Assembly (NCBI GenBank): GCA_041752695.1
Contig: JBGSVZ010000091.1
Span: forward strand, 1 to 27,100
From: Terrimicrobiaceae bacterium
Lineage (GTDB): Bacteria > Verrucomicrobiota > Verrucomicrobiia > Chthoniobacterales > Terrimicrobiaceae
Length of the DNA: 27,100 nucleotides
Direction: 5' to 3'
Each line of letters begins with the position of its first letter. Positions within the stretch are counted from its first letter, which is position 1. The notes under the pieces were generated by a model. It did not search any database. It was not told the origin of the DNA and was given only the letters and a program-made list of their open reading frames with translations. The translations under genes were made by a program, and so were the position numbers. This document shows, piece after piece, positions 17,513 through 26,965 of the stretch.

Positions 17513-18834
17513 GGAGTTTGGTCGGGAACACCCTTCGCGGGATCTTTCTGCAACAAGCTCCGCACCACTGGCTCCCGATACGTCCAGAGGAAACCCGCGA
17601 CAAACGGTGTCCAAAGCAGGGCGATCTCGAAGGATGTAAAGGTCCAGAACGAATCAGGCTGCATACCAAAGCGGTGATAGACGAAAAAATAGACAAACCC
17701 GGACGCCGTGAGCCAGAGGCTGCCGCGATTTCGGGTGGCGACGGCGAATGGCATGAGCCAGGTAAAATACCACGCGTGGACCAGGGGAGATAAAATCAAG
17801 GCGAAGAAGAGCGTCCCTTCCGCCGCCGTGGTGAATTTTTTTGCGCGGAGAATGACGAATGCCCAGGCCACGGCAAGAGGTGGCAGAAACCACTGGTTGT
17901 GGTAGCGGCTCGCCTCCCAAAAATAGCCGACGATCCGGGGAACAAGCTCGGTGCTGCGGGCGAATTCTGTGAACTTTTCCGGATGGAGCCGCGAGGTCCA
18001 CTCTCCCGTCCACCAACTCACCGCCAGCCAGCAAACCAGGAAGGGGGCCCCACCAATTATTCCGCCCCCCACACCTGCCCGCCAACCGCGCTTCCTCAAA
18101 GTCTGCCACAGTGCCCAGCCCAGAATCGGCAGCGCCATCCATTTTAAGGCCACGGAAATCCCCAGCCAGACCAATGCCTGGGTGAACTTCCCGGAATCCC
18201 AGGCCAGCCAGGCCAGCACGAGAGCCAGGACGAAAAGGCTGTCATAGTGCCCCCCGCCGGCAAACGAGTAGATGACGAGGGGATTCCATAAATACACCAG
18301 CGAGGCGGGACCGCCATAGCGTCGCCAAAGCAGCCATCCTGTGAGCAGATCGGCCGCAGCGAAGGTCAGTTTGAAGAAAAAGACCGTGGGCGCCACCGCG
18401 GCAAGCAGGGCAAAAGAAACCTCTGCCATCGGGGGATAAATGGCTGTGAAGGTTCGGTGCTGGACCAAATTCCAGAGCCCATCCTGCAGCGGGATCAGGC
18501 TTTCCGCATCGGGCGCGTGGAGGTAGGGATTGACCTGCGCCAACAACACCCGGCCCTCCCAGATATAACGGTAAATATCATCTCCGGGAGCCTGCCAAAG
18601 CAGGAGCACTCGCGCGGCCACCGCCGTTCCCGCCACCACAAACGGAAGGATGCCAAATCGCAGCGCGAAAAAGAATGCGCCCAACATGATAGCCACCCCG
18701 AGAAGGAAGGGCGGGACATATCCTGGCTGAAGCAAGCGACCGTAGGGCAGCATGACGAGGGTTCCGGCCAGGAATGTCAGTGCCAGCGCGTAGCTGCGGA
18801 ACCCGCTCCGGGGCGCTGGACAGGATGTGTTCAT
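17509..18834 (-). CDS. GT-C fold glycosyltransferase (GT87/DUF2029-like), polytopic membrane protein
   Basis: DDIYRYIWEG..NPY..P, IYPP, YLWNPL, GHYDS, SPLVHAWY; many transmembrane segments. Confidence 0.85.
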   Translation of the reverse strand: MNTSCPAPRSGFRSYALALTFLAGTLVMLPYGRLLQPGYVPPFLLGVAIMLGAFFFALRFGILPFVVAGTAVAARVLLLWQAPGDDIYRYIWEGRVLLAQVNPYLHAPDAESLIPLQDGLWNLVQHRTFTAIYPPMAEVSFALLAAVAPTVFFFKLTFAAADLLTGWLLWRRYGGPASLVYLWNPLVIYSFAGGGHYDSLFVLALVLAWLAWDSGKFTQALVWLGISVALKWMALPILGWALWQTLRKRGWRAGVGGGIIGGAPFLVCWLAVSWWTGEWTSRLHPEKFTEFARSTELVPRIVGYFWEASRYHNQWFLPPLAVAWAFVILRAKKFTTAAEGTLFFALILSPLVHAWYFTWLMPFAVATRNRGSLWLTASGFVYFFVYHRFGMQPDSFWTFTSFEIALLWTPFVAGFLWTYREPVVRSLLQKDPAKGVPDQTP

Positions 18835-18915
18835 CGCGAATCAGACCACCCTAGCCGCAAATTTATTCCTGGGAAGCCAGGGAATAAACCAGCCCACTCC
18901 CTGCTCAATCCGGTT

Positions 18916-19668
18916 GTGACTCTTTATCGCCTCCTTCCCGCGCTGCTCCTGTCTTTGTTGCTCTTCGGCTGTTCCTCTCCGACCACGGTGCAGACGCCCC
19001 CGGCAGCGGGCCCCTATCCTCCTGTTTATGCGGAACTTTTGCAAAAATATGCGACCTCCACCGGCGTGCGCTACGCGGCCTGGCACGCCAACCCGGCAGA
19101 TCTGAAGAAGCTCCAGGAAGTGACCGATTTTTACGCGACCACGACCCCTCCCGAAGGATCGAAATCGGATGCACTCGCCTGGCATCTCAATGCCTACAAT
19201 GCCTGGATCCTGCAAAATATTCTGACCAAATATCCGACCAAGGGGCCGATCGACGGCGATGAGCGGTTCTTCCACGATAACCGCATCGTCATCTCGGGGC
19301 AAAAAACCAGCTTCAATGATCTGGAGCAAAAGGTGATCCGTACCACTTTTCAGGAGCCCCGCATTCATTTTGCGCTGAACTGCGCCAGTACCAGCTGCCC
19401 GCCGCTGAACACGAAGCCCTTTGACGCCCCCACCCTCGAAGCCGAGCTCGACCGCCTCGCGCGGGAGTTCGTCAACGGCGACGCCGTGCAGATCGACGGG
19501 GAGGGCAAATCCGTGCGGCTTTCGCGGATTTTTGACTGGTATGGCGAAGATTTTGGCGGGAAGGACAAGGTCATCACCTTCGTCAATAAATTCCGCACGG
19601 CCCCACTTCCGGAGCCGGCCGCAGTGCAGTTTCTGGAGTACGACTGGTCGTTAAACGCGACGAATTAA
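18916..19668 (+). CDS. DUF547 domain lipoprotein
   Basis: Lipobox LLFGC after a GTG start; [42 protein letters not shown]. Confidence 0.88.
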   Translation: MTLYRLLPALLLSLLLFGCSSPTTVQTPPAAGPYPPVYAELLQKYATSTGVRYAAWHANPADLKKLQEVTDFYATTTPPEGSKSDALAWHLNAYNAWILQNILTKYPTKGPIDGDERFFHDNRIVISGQKTSFNDLEQKVIRTTFQEPRIHFALNCASTSCPPLNTKPFDAPTLEAELDRLAREFVNGDAVQIDGEGKSVRLSRIFDWYGEDFGGKDKVITFVNKFRTAPLPEPAAVQFLEYDWSLNATN

Positions 19669-19724
19669 ACCGAAAAGGATTCCCCCCGGAGGGATTTGTG
19701 CTTCATGGTCTGGAGATCCAGAAC

Positions 19725-20336
19725 ATGGACGACGACTGGTTCCAGCTCATCACGGATCAATTCTACGCCGATCTTTATCGGTTTGGATTGCATCTGTCGC
19801 GCAAACCGGAAGACGCCTGCGACCTTGTCCAGCAGACATTTGTTATTTTTGCCGAGAAAGGTCACCAGATCCGCGACACCGCGAAGGCCCGACAATGGCT
19901 GTTCACCACGCTCTACCGCGAATACATCGCCACTTTCCACAAGAACAAACGCACAATCTCCCTCGAAGAGAGTGAAGCCGATTTACCCGCCGCCGTGACC
20001 GATTCCAGCGCGGCCCGGGAAGCGGAGCATGCGGAGCTACTGCAGGCCCTCGACGCCCTCGACGCCCATCATCGCGCGGCGCTGACCCTCTTTTATTTAA
20101 ATCAACTCAGCTACAAGGAAATCGCTGCGATCTTGGACGTACCGATCGGAACGGTGATGTCCCGCATCTCTCGGGCCAAAGAATTGCTCCGCCAAAAGGT
20201 GGACGCGCGAACGCCGCAAACGAAAAATTCCAGCGCGTCATCCGCTTTCCGGGAGACCGGAAACACGGCCGCTGAGGGAATAAAAAACGTTTCCATTCTC
20301 TCTAATGACCAACGAAGGGGTGCGGGAGGCCGCTGA
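19725..20336 (+). CDS. ECF RNA polymerase sigma factor
   Basis: [40 protein letters not shown]. Start is ATG 19725 or GTG 19698. Confidence 0.92.
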   Translation: MDDDWFQLITDQFYADLYRFGLHLSRKPEDACDLVQQTFVIFAEKGHQIRDTAKARQWLFTTLYREYIATFHKNKRTISLEESEADLPAAVTDSSAAREAEHAELLQALDALDAHHRAALTLFYLNQLSYKEIAAILDVPIGTVMSRISRAKELLRQKVDARTPQTKNSSASSAFRETGNTAAEGIKNVSILSNDQRRGAGGR

Positions 20337-20345
20337 CCAGATCCC

Positions 20346-21116
20346 ATGAACCACGAAGAAGCCAAGCTGATTTTGCACGCCTACCGGCCAGGAGGTGAGG
20401 ATGCAGCGGATCCGATTTTTGCGGACGCCGTCGAGCAGGCTAGCCTCGATCCCAAGCTGGGCCAATGGTTTGCCGGACAACGTGCCTTCGATGAAAAAAT
20501 GAGAGCCGCCCTTCAGGTTGAGTTGCCTCCTCCCGAGTTGCGGGAGGCACTTCGCTTGAGCCGAAAAATCACGAAGTTTCCGAACAAGGCCCAGCGCCCG
20601 GTCTGGCAGGCTCCCCTCCTGCTCACTTTGGCCGCCATCCTCGTCGCGATCCTGGCGGTATCAGCGCTCCTCGCACCCGAGATCCGACAGGGGGAGCTAG
20701 GCCGGGTGACGGTCGCGAACTTCACCGCCCAGGTCCTCGATCTGAAAGAAAGTGACCGCATCGTTCTGGGCAAACTCAGCAGCGACCGCGAGGCCATCCG
20801 CGGCTGGCTGGCGGATCGCGGTTCACCCAGCACTTTTGACCTGCCGCCCGGACTGCGCAACATTCCCGGCCTTGGCTGCCAGACCTACACCATGGACGGA
20901 ACCAAGGTTTCGCTGGTCTGCTTTAAACTGGAAAACGGGCAGGTGGTGCATCTGTTCGTGGTGGACAATCACGCCTTGAAAGACACCCCGCCTGATCTAG
21001 ACCCGACGGTCTATGTGGAAAATGGCCACACCTGGGCGACCTGGACCTCGGGCGGCAAGCGGTTTGTCATGACGGGGAAAGATGTGAACGCGGAGACCTT
21101 AAAAAAGCTGATTTAA
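20346..21116 (+). CDS. Membrane anti-sigma factor (DUF3379-like)
   Basis: Directly follows the ECF sigma; MNHEEAKLILHAYRP N-terminus, one TM helix, extracytoplasmic GC...SLVCF...VHLFV. Confidence 0.75.
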   Translation: MNHEEAKLILHAYRPGGEDAADPIFADAVEQASLDPKLGQWFAGQRAFDEKMRAALQVELPPPELREALRLSRKITKFPNKAQRPVWQAPLLLTLAAILVAILAVSALLAPEIRQGELGRVTVANFTAQVLDLKESDRIVLGKLSSDREAIRGWLADRGSPSTFDLPPGLRNIPGLGCQTYTMDGTKVSLVCFKLENGQVVHLFVVDNHALKDTPPDLDPTVYVENGHTWATWTSGGKRFVMTGKDVNAETLKKLI

Positions 21117-21177
21117 AGGGCAGGCCGGTCAGGACACGTGATGGAATAATCAACCCGCCAGAACTCTCACGCTCACC

Positions 21178-22749
21178 GTGCCAATCCCTTTGTCTCCGAT
21201 TGTCCTGACCCTTTACGTTGCCGTTTCCGCGGTGCTACTGCTCTATGCGGCCAATGCCTATTATTTGATCTGGGCCTGTCTCTCCGCCCGACGAGGGCTG
21301 CGCAAGCGGAATGCGGAAGAATTCCGCGAAGGGACGGAGGATTTGCGGCAAGCCAAAACCTGGCCACTGGTCACGACCCAAGTGCCTCTCTACAACGAAA
21401 TCGCGGTGGCCGGGCGCGTCATTCACGCCGTGGCGGCCATGGATTACCCGGCTGGGCGTCACGAAATTCAAATTCTCGATGATTCGACCGACGAAACCTG
21501 CGCCGTGGTGGACGGGGTGGTCGCAAGCCTGCAGGCGCAGGGGGTGCCAATCGTGGTCATCCGTCGCACGGATCGTACGGGCTATAAAGCAGGAGCCCTG
21601 GCGGAGGGGTTGCTGCAGTGTCGGGGGGAACTGATCGCGATTTTCGACGCGGACTTCGTACCGCCGACGGATTTCCTCCGACGCACCGTGCCCCTCCTGG
21701 TCGCCCGGAGGGATGTCGGCTGGGTGCAGGCCCGGTGGGGCCATTTGAACGAGGACGGCAGTTGTCTGACCCAAGCGCAGGCTGTCGGAATTGACGGACA
21801 CTTTGCCATCGACCAAATCGCACGAAGTGGGACGCCGGGGCTCTTCATGAACTTTAATGGGACGGCTGGCGTCTGGCGCAAGTCGGCCATTGCCGATGCC
21901 GGGGGGTGGACGGCCGATACTCTCACCGAAGATCTCGACCTCTCCTACCGCGCTCAGTTGCGCGGATGGCGGGGAGTTTATCTGCCGGATCTGGTCGTGC
22001 CCGGTGAACTGCCTGCCGATGCGGCGGCTTTTAAGAGTCAGCAGTTTCGCTGGGCCAAGGGTTCCCTCCAGACAGCCATAAAGCTGGTGCCCGCTTTGTT
22101 TCAGTCCGACGTCCGACTGATGGCAAAAATCCAGGCGTGGTTTCATCTCACGCACTATGCGATCCATCCGTTTATCCTGCTTTTTGCGCTCCTCTCCCTG
22201 CCGCTGGTCTGGCTGCTCCCATCCGGTTGGGAAGGCTGGGGCTGGGCGAATGTGCTGATCGTCGGCCTGTCCCTCGCTCCAAGTATCTTTTATGCCACCG
22301 GCCAATGCCTGCTGCATAAAAATTGGCCCGCCCGGCTGCTGCGCCTCCCGTTTTTGATTCTGGCCGGCATCGGCCTGGCCCTCTCGAATTCGAGAGCCGT
22401 CTACGAGGCGGTCAACGGCAAGAAAAGCCCGTTCCTTCGCACTCCCAAACAGGGAAAATCCGCCAGCCTCTGTTATCGCGCCGAAGTGTCCGTCCCTCTC
22501 TGGGGCGAACTGGCCGCCGGCGTCGCCAGCCTGACGGCCTTTCTCTTCGCGGCCTGGCACGGACGGGCCATCGAGGCTCAGTTCCTTCTTCTCACGGGAG
22601 CAAGTTTTCTCTTCTTTTTTGGGTCGTCGCGATTACGCCGTCGGACATTCCAGCCGGAGGTTACCGAGGAAGGTCAGGAGGACGGAGACCAGCCGGGCCA
22701 TCCGTCCGGGGCGTATGAACCAAAGTCTCCCGTTGAAAATGCCGTCTGA
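21178..22749 (+). CDS. GT2 cellulose-synthase-like (CslA-type) glycosyltransferase
   Basis: QVPLYNE, LDDSTD, GYKAGAL, FDADF, TEDLDLSYRAQ, QQFRW (QxxRW); C-terminal TM helices. Confidence 0.92.
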   Translation: MPIPLSPIVLTLYVAVSAVLLLYAANAYYLIWACLSARRGLRKRNAEEFREGTEDLRQAKTWPLVTTQVPLYNEIAVAGRVIHAVAAMDYPAGRHEIQILDDSTDETCAVVDGVVASLQAQGVPIVVIRRTDRTGYKAGALAEGLLQCRGELIAIFDADFVPPTDFLRRTVPLLVARRDVGWVQARWGHLNEDGSCLTQAQAVGIDGHFAIDQIARSGTPGLFMNFNGTAGVWRKSAIADAGGWTADTLTEDLDLSYRAQLRGWRGVYLPDLVVPGELPADAAAFKSQQFRWAKGSLQTAIKLVPALFQSDVRLMAKIQAWFHLTHYAIHPFILLFALLSLPLVWLLPSGWEGWGWANVLIVGLSLAPSIFYATGQCLLHKNWPARLLRLPFLILAGIGLALSNSRAVYEAVNGKKSPFLRTPKQGKSASLCYRAEVSVPLWGELAAGVASLTAFLFAAWHGRAIEAQFLLLTGASFLFFFGSSRLRRRTFQPEVTEEGQEDGDQPGHPSGAYEPKSPVENAV

Positions 22750-22750
22750 A

Positions 22751-23779
22751 ATGCAAAATCCCAACGGCCAGCCTTTCCATCTCGATCCCGAGGATGTCTC
22801 CGCCCTGCAGGCCTACTTGATCGATCAGGATTTCACCCGCAGTGGGGATGCTCTCCAGGTCAGCAAGGCCGGGGAAGGAAACATGAACTGTGTGCTTCGG
22901 GTGGTCCTCCCGCAGCAAAGCCTCATTCTCAAACAGGCGCGACCGTGGGTGGAAAAATATCCCTCCATCGCCGCACCCGTGGAACGCGCGGCCTCCGAAG
23001 CGCGATTTTATCAAATGGTGGGAAAAAATCCCGACCTCGCGGCCATGATGCCCCGACTCCTCGCTTTCGATCCGGATGCCGCTTTGTTGATTCTTGAAGA
23101 TCTCACCCCGGTCCGCCCGTTGTCCGATTGTTATGAGGGCACCCGATTGGATCGGCGTAACCTGACAGAACTGGCCCGCTATACCTCGTGCCTCCATGCC
23201 ATGAGTGTTCCGCAGGCCGAGCGTCCAAGTTTTCAGAATCTGGCCATGCGGCAACTCAATCATGAGCACATCTTTGACCTCCCGCTGCGAACCGATGGCA
23301 CGTTGTCAAAAATGCTGGAATCCCTCACACCGGGGTTGCACGAAGCCGGAGATTTTCTGCGTCGAGACCGCCGATTTTGTGAAACCGTGAAGTCCCTCGG
23401 TGAGCGTTATCTCAGAGCAGACGGACCGTCTCTCATCCATGGCGATCTTTTCCCCGGCAGCCTGCTTCGCAAAAGCGACGGCACGTTGCGAGTGATCGAC
23501 CCGGAATTTTGTTTCTGCGGGGATCCCGAATTTGACATCGGCGTTTTCTACGCGCATCTCCTGCTGTCCGACCATGAGGAAGGGACGGCGTCGTTCTGGT
23601 TAACGGCATCAACGGCAGGAACCCAACTCTCCAAACCGCTCGCGGTGCAATACGCCGGCGTGGAAATCATGCGCCGGATTCTCGGCGTGGCACAATTGCC
23701 GGGCTCACTGTCCCTCGCGAGCAAGCGAACCTTGCTCGAACGCAGTCGCGGGTTTGTTCTCCACGAATCCCTCTCTTGA
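22751..23779 (+). CDS. mtnK: 5-methylthioribose kinase-like phosphotransferase
   Basis: GEGNMNCVLRV, LILKQARPWV, HGDLFPGS, VIDPEF, FDIG, EIMRRILGVAQL parallel MtnK motifs. Start is 22739 or 22751. Confidence 0.75.
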   Translation: MQNPNGQPFHLDPEDVSALQAYLIDQDFTRSGDALQVSKAGEGNMNCVLRVVLPQQSLILKQARPWVEKYPSIAAPVERAASEARFYQMVGKNPDLAAMMPRLLAFDPDAALLILEDLTPVRPLSDCYEGTRLDRRNLTELARYTSCLHAMSVPQAERPSFQNLAMRQLNHEHIFDLPLRTDGTLSKMLESLTPGLHEAGDFLRRDRRFCETVKSLGERYLRADGPSLIHGDLFPGSLLRKSDGTLRVIDPEFCFCGDPEFDIGVFYAHLLLSDHEEGTASFWLTASTAGTQLSKPLAVQYAGVEIMRRILGVAQLPGSLSLASKRTLLERSRGFVLHESLS

Positions 23780-23806
23780 GGTTGGGCAGGCCACGATCGG
23801 AAGAAC

Positions 23807-24682
23807 TCAGCGCCAGGATTTTCGCGTCAAAGTTTGCCAGATCGGATGGAGGACACGGCGGGCCAGGCCGCGCGGGTATTTTTCCAACCCGGGAAATCCC
23901 AGGCCGTCCGGTTGCTGGGCCGGAGATTCCTTCGCGTCCGGCCAGTAAGCGGTGCGAAAAATCCAGTCCCAAAGACTGAATGAGACGCCGAAGTTGACGC
24001 CCGCAGAATGTCCATCCGGCAGCCGCGCCATGTGGTGCCAGATGTGCATGCGTGGCGAGTTGAAGAGATAACGCAATGGCCCCCAGGTGATGTCGAGGTT
24101 GCTGTGATTGAGGTGCCCGATCACCGTGGTGGCAATGGCAACAAGGAGGATTACCAGCGGATCCACGCCCAATATGACGAGCGGGAAATAGGTCAGACCC
24201 TGGTAAATGACAATTTCCATCCAGTGAAATCGAAAATTTCCGATCCAGTCCATCTCGACAATCGAGTGGTGCAGTTTGTGAAATTCCCACAACGCTGGCA
24301 CACGGTGGAGGAGATTATGCACGCACCAGTCGAGAAAATCCTTGAGGACAAAATAGATGAGCGCCTGGACGACAATGGCCTGACCGGCGAGCAGATTCCA
24401 GGACTTGGCGACCTCGAGCACCGGCCAGACCGCCTGCGCGAGGAAAGCTGTCGCATAAGCGAACAACACTCCAAAATAGTGGCCATTGAAAAAAAGCCAG
24501 AATAGGTCGTGAAAAAATTCCCGGCGGAAAAGTTTCTGACCACGACGCCACGGGCGGATGCGTTCGGCAATCAGGCAGCCCGCCGAAATGACAAGCAGCC
24601 AGAAAAAATATCCGCGAGTGTCCCAGAGGATCTGCCACATCCCTATCAACGTAGGGACGAAATCACCGGCTTCCAGTGCCAT
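23807..24682 (-). CDS. Sterol desaturase / fatty acid hydroxylase family protein
   Basis: His boxes HNLLH, FHKLHHS, HLNHSN, HIWHH; NFG..FSLWDWIFRT. Confidence 0.9.
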   Translation of the reverse strand: MALEAGDFVPTLIGMWQILWDTRGYFFWLLVISAGCLIAERIRPWRRGQKLFRREFFHDLFWLFFNGHYFGVLFAYATAFLAQAVWPVLEVAKSWNLLAGQAIVVQALIYFVLKDFLDWCVHNLLHRVPALWEFHKLHHSIVEMDWIGNFRFHWMEIVIYQGLTYFPLVILGVDPLVILLVAIATTVIGHLNHSNLDITWGPLRYLFNSPRMHIWHHMARLPDGHSAGVNFGVSFSLWDWIFRTAYWPDAKESPAQQPDGLGFPGLEKYPRGLARRVLHPIWQTLTRKSWR

Positions 24683-25191
24683 TTCGATTTCTCGAGATAA
24701 CGCCCCCAGCGGACATCAAAGGGATGCACCCCATCCGTTGGGCCGTGGGAGTTCACGAGCGGACGGCCTTCGTTGGCCCAGGCAAAGATCGATCCTTCGA
24801 GATTTCGGACATTTGAAAAACCGGCTTGGGAAAGTTTTCGCGCGAGAAGAGCGGAGCGGTAACCCACCGAGCAATAGACGACGACGGAGGTGCGGCTGGA
24901 GGCTCCAAGTCGCCGCAATTGGGCTACGGGGTCGCTTTCCGCCCGCAGCGCTTCCGGCTGATGGCTCACCGCATACTCGCGCTCTTCCCGCACATCGAGA
25001 AGGATGGGAACTGGCCGCAGTGCGTCTTTCATCCCCTCCGCCCACTCCTGGGTCGTCATGATGGAAACCTCCGGGAACTCGGCGCGAATTGCGGCGGAGA
25101 GGTCCGTGAGGGAATCGGCGGTGGCTGCCTCGATGTGGGCAACAACGAGAACGCTCAGGACCCCGCCCAGAACGGCCCGCCGAAGGCTCAT
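24646..25191 (-). CDS. Exported rhodanese-like domain protein
   Basis: Signal peptide; LLDVRE..EY..SH, VVVYCSVGYRS, NLEGSIFAW; ATGA overlap with the upstream gene. Confidence 0.88.
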   Translation of the reverse strand: MSLRRAVLGGVLSVLVVAHIEAATADSLTDLSAAIRAEFPEVSIMTTQEWAEGMKDALRPVPILLDVREEREYAVSHQPEALRAESDPVAQLRRLGASSRTSVVVYCSVGYRSALLARKLSQAGFSNVRNLEGSIFAWANEGRPLVNSHGPTDGVHPFDVRWGRYLEKSKWHWKPVISSLR

Positions 25192-26552
25192 CGTGACTTG
25201 AACTCTCCCGTCAGCGAAGGGGACTCGTTGATCCGTCCTTCCGTGGGCCCATTTTCCAGGGAAAGCACGCCGCGGGGACAGACCGCGGCGCACAGGCCGC
25301 AGCCTACGCAGGAAGCCCTGACAATGTTTTGGCCGCGCTGCGCGTATGACCGGACATCGATCCCCATCTCACAATACTTGGAACAATTTCCGCACGAAAT
25401 GCACTGCGCGCCATTGGTGGTAATGCGGAAGCGGGACTTAAAACGTTGCAGCAGGCCGAGAATCGCCGCCATGGGACAACCAAAGCGGCACCAGACACGG
25501 GTGCCCATCAAGGGATAAAAACCAACCCCAATCACGCCCGCAAAGGCCGCCCCGATGAGAAATCCGTAGATCTTGCGCAATTGAAATACTGCCCCCTTGA
25601 GCGCGTCGGGCATGGAGGGCTCGAACCAGAGCAGGGCCGTCACCAGAACAATAAAAACGAGTCCGCCATGAATCATCCAACGCTCGACTTTCCACGCCGC
25701 AAGCGATTTGTCGGAGTTCTGCCGAAACGAATCCCCGAACGTATTGGCCAGTCCGCCACACCCGCAGACCCAGGAGCAATACCAACGTTTTCCAAAATAA
25801 TAAGTCAGCACCGGGGTGGCCACGAGGGTCCCCACGATAAACCAGCCAACAATGAACCACCCAATATTCCCAGCCTGAAGGAAGCGCTGAATGGTGTCGG
25901 GGAAGAGTTTGTCATAAGCCAGGGGCCAGAAATAACTCAGGTAAACCTCCGGTTGGTTCAGCTTGACGAAAAGGGCGGGCAACAGATAGGCAAAGCCGAG
26001 TTGCGTGACCATGATCACGCTGGTCCGCACGATCTGGTACCGGCTGTGCCGGTATTTGGCAATCGCCTTGGCCCCCATCACCAGGATGCCCACGGTGTAA
26101 AAGGTTCCATAAACAAACCATTGGTCGGCGCCCTTGCCACGCAGGAACTGGCTCAGGGGATCGTGGAGCCGGATCAGCCCGCCCAGCATGCCGGGGAACC
26201 AATACAGCATGACGTAAAATCCGGTGAAAAGAACGGCAAGCGTCCACCCCAATGCGCCCCGCGCCGTCAGGCTGTCGGTCGTTTTGCCATTGTTGCGGAT
26301 GCCGGGTTTGTCGGAAAGATGCTTATGCAGACCGTAAAGTAGCCCGCCTCCGGCAATGCCTCCCCAGGCCAGCATTAACCAGACCGTGCGGGCCTCTGCG
26401 GAAACGCCGGCGGCCGTGAAAAGCCCGGCAGCAAGAATCAACAGCCCGAGGCCAAAGAAGGCCAGTCCGGTCTTCTCCAGGGCGTCCAGCCGATGGCCTC
26501 CCGGGGTCAGGGAGTGACTTTCGTAACTGAGGTTGGCGGTGAGATCGTTCAT
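25188..26552 (-). CDS. Membrane 4Fe-4S polyferredoxin (NapH/MauN/YccM-like)
   Basis: Multiple TM helices; CSWVCGCG, CRFGCP, CISCGNCSKYCEMG, CVGCGLCAAVCPRG. Confidence 0.9.
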   Translation of the reverse strand: MNDLTANLSYESHSLTPGGHRLDALEKTGLAFFGLGLLILAAGLFTAAGVSAEARTVWLMLAWGGIAGGGLLYGLHKHLSDKPGIRNNGKTTDSLTARGALGWTLAVLFTGFYVMLYWFPGMLGGLIRLHDPLSQFLRGKGADQWFVYGTFYTVGILVMGAKAIAKYRHSRYQIVRTSVIMVTQLGFAYLLPALFVKLNQPEVYLSYFWPLAYDKLFPDTIQRFLQAGNIGWFIVGWFIVGTLVATPVLTYYFGKRWYCSWVCGCGGLANTFGDSFRQNSDKSLAAWKVERWMIHGGLVFIVLVTALLWFEPSMPDALKGAVFQLRKIYGFLIGAAFAGVIGVGFYPLMGTRVWCRFGCPMAAILGLLQRFKSRFRITTNGAQCISCGNCSKYCEMGIDVRSYAQRGQNIVRASCVGCGLCAAVCPRGVLSLENGPTEGRINESPSLTGEFKSR

Positions 26553-26555
26553 GAA

Positions 26556-26965
26556 TCAGGCGGTTTGCAGTTTCGGTTGACCCAGGAGCTTTGAGATGGC
26601 GCTGGAAAAGAGCCCTTTGCGGGTTTTGAGGGCGACCGCGCGTTCGGGGAAGCAGGTATTAAAAGCCGCGATGATGGCGGGTTCGTATTGAAGATAAAAT
26701 TCCGGGTCGAAATTGGCCGCCCCAAGATTGGCCAGGGCGTCTTCCACGCGCGTTCGACCGGCAATCCAACTCTCCCACACCGCATGACGGTGACGGATGC
26801 CAAAAACATTCACCCCGACCAGTTCCCCGGTTTCTCCGCGGAAATTGATCCGGATCAATTTATTTCCGTCGGGATGTTCCCAGGAAAACGTTTCCTCCCC
26901 GGCCGGAGGATGCGGCAGCACGACCCCATAAGTCTGATATTCGATGTCGAAAAATTTTGCCGAAG
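26556..26965 (-). pseudogene. C-terminal fragment of NAD(P)/FAD-dependent oxidoreductase, interrupted by IS3
   Basis: SAKFFDIEYQTYG...GVNVFGIRHRH...ANFDPEFY is the reductase C-terminus normally upstream of this polyferredoxin; the 5' part is replaced by IS sequence. Confidence 0.75.

Noticed and set aside
18457..18915. Long N-terminal extension of the DUF547 ORF
   Set aside because: It is antisense to the GT87-like gene; the lipoprotein signal starts at about 18916.
12153..26342. Long antisense ORFs (e.g. 12153..13160, 13288..14073, 14491..15330, 21235..22560, 25446..26342)
   Set aside because: They are shadows of well-supported genes in GC-rich DNA and have no recognisable motifs.
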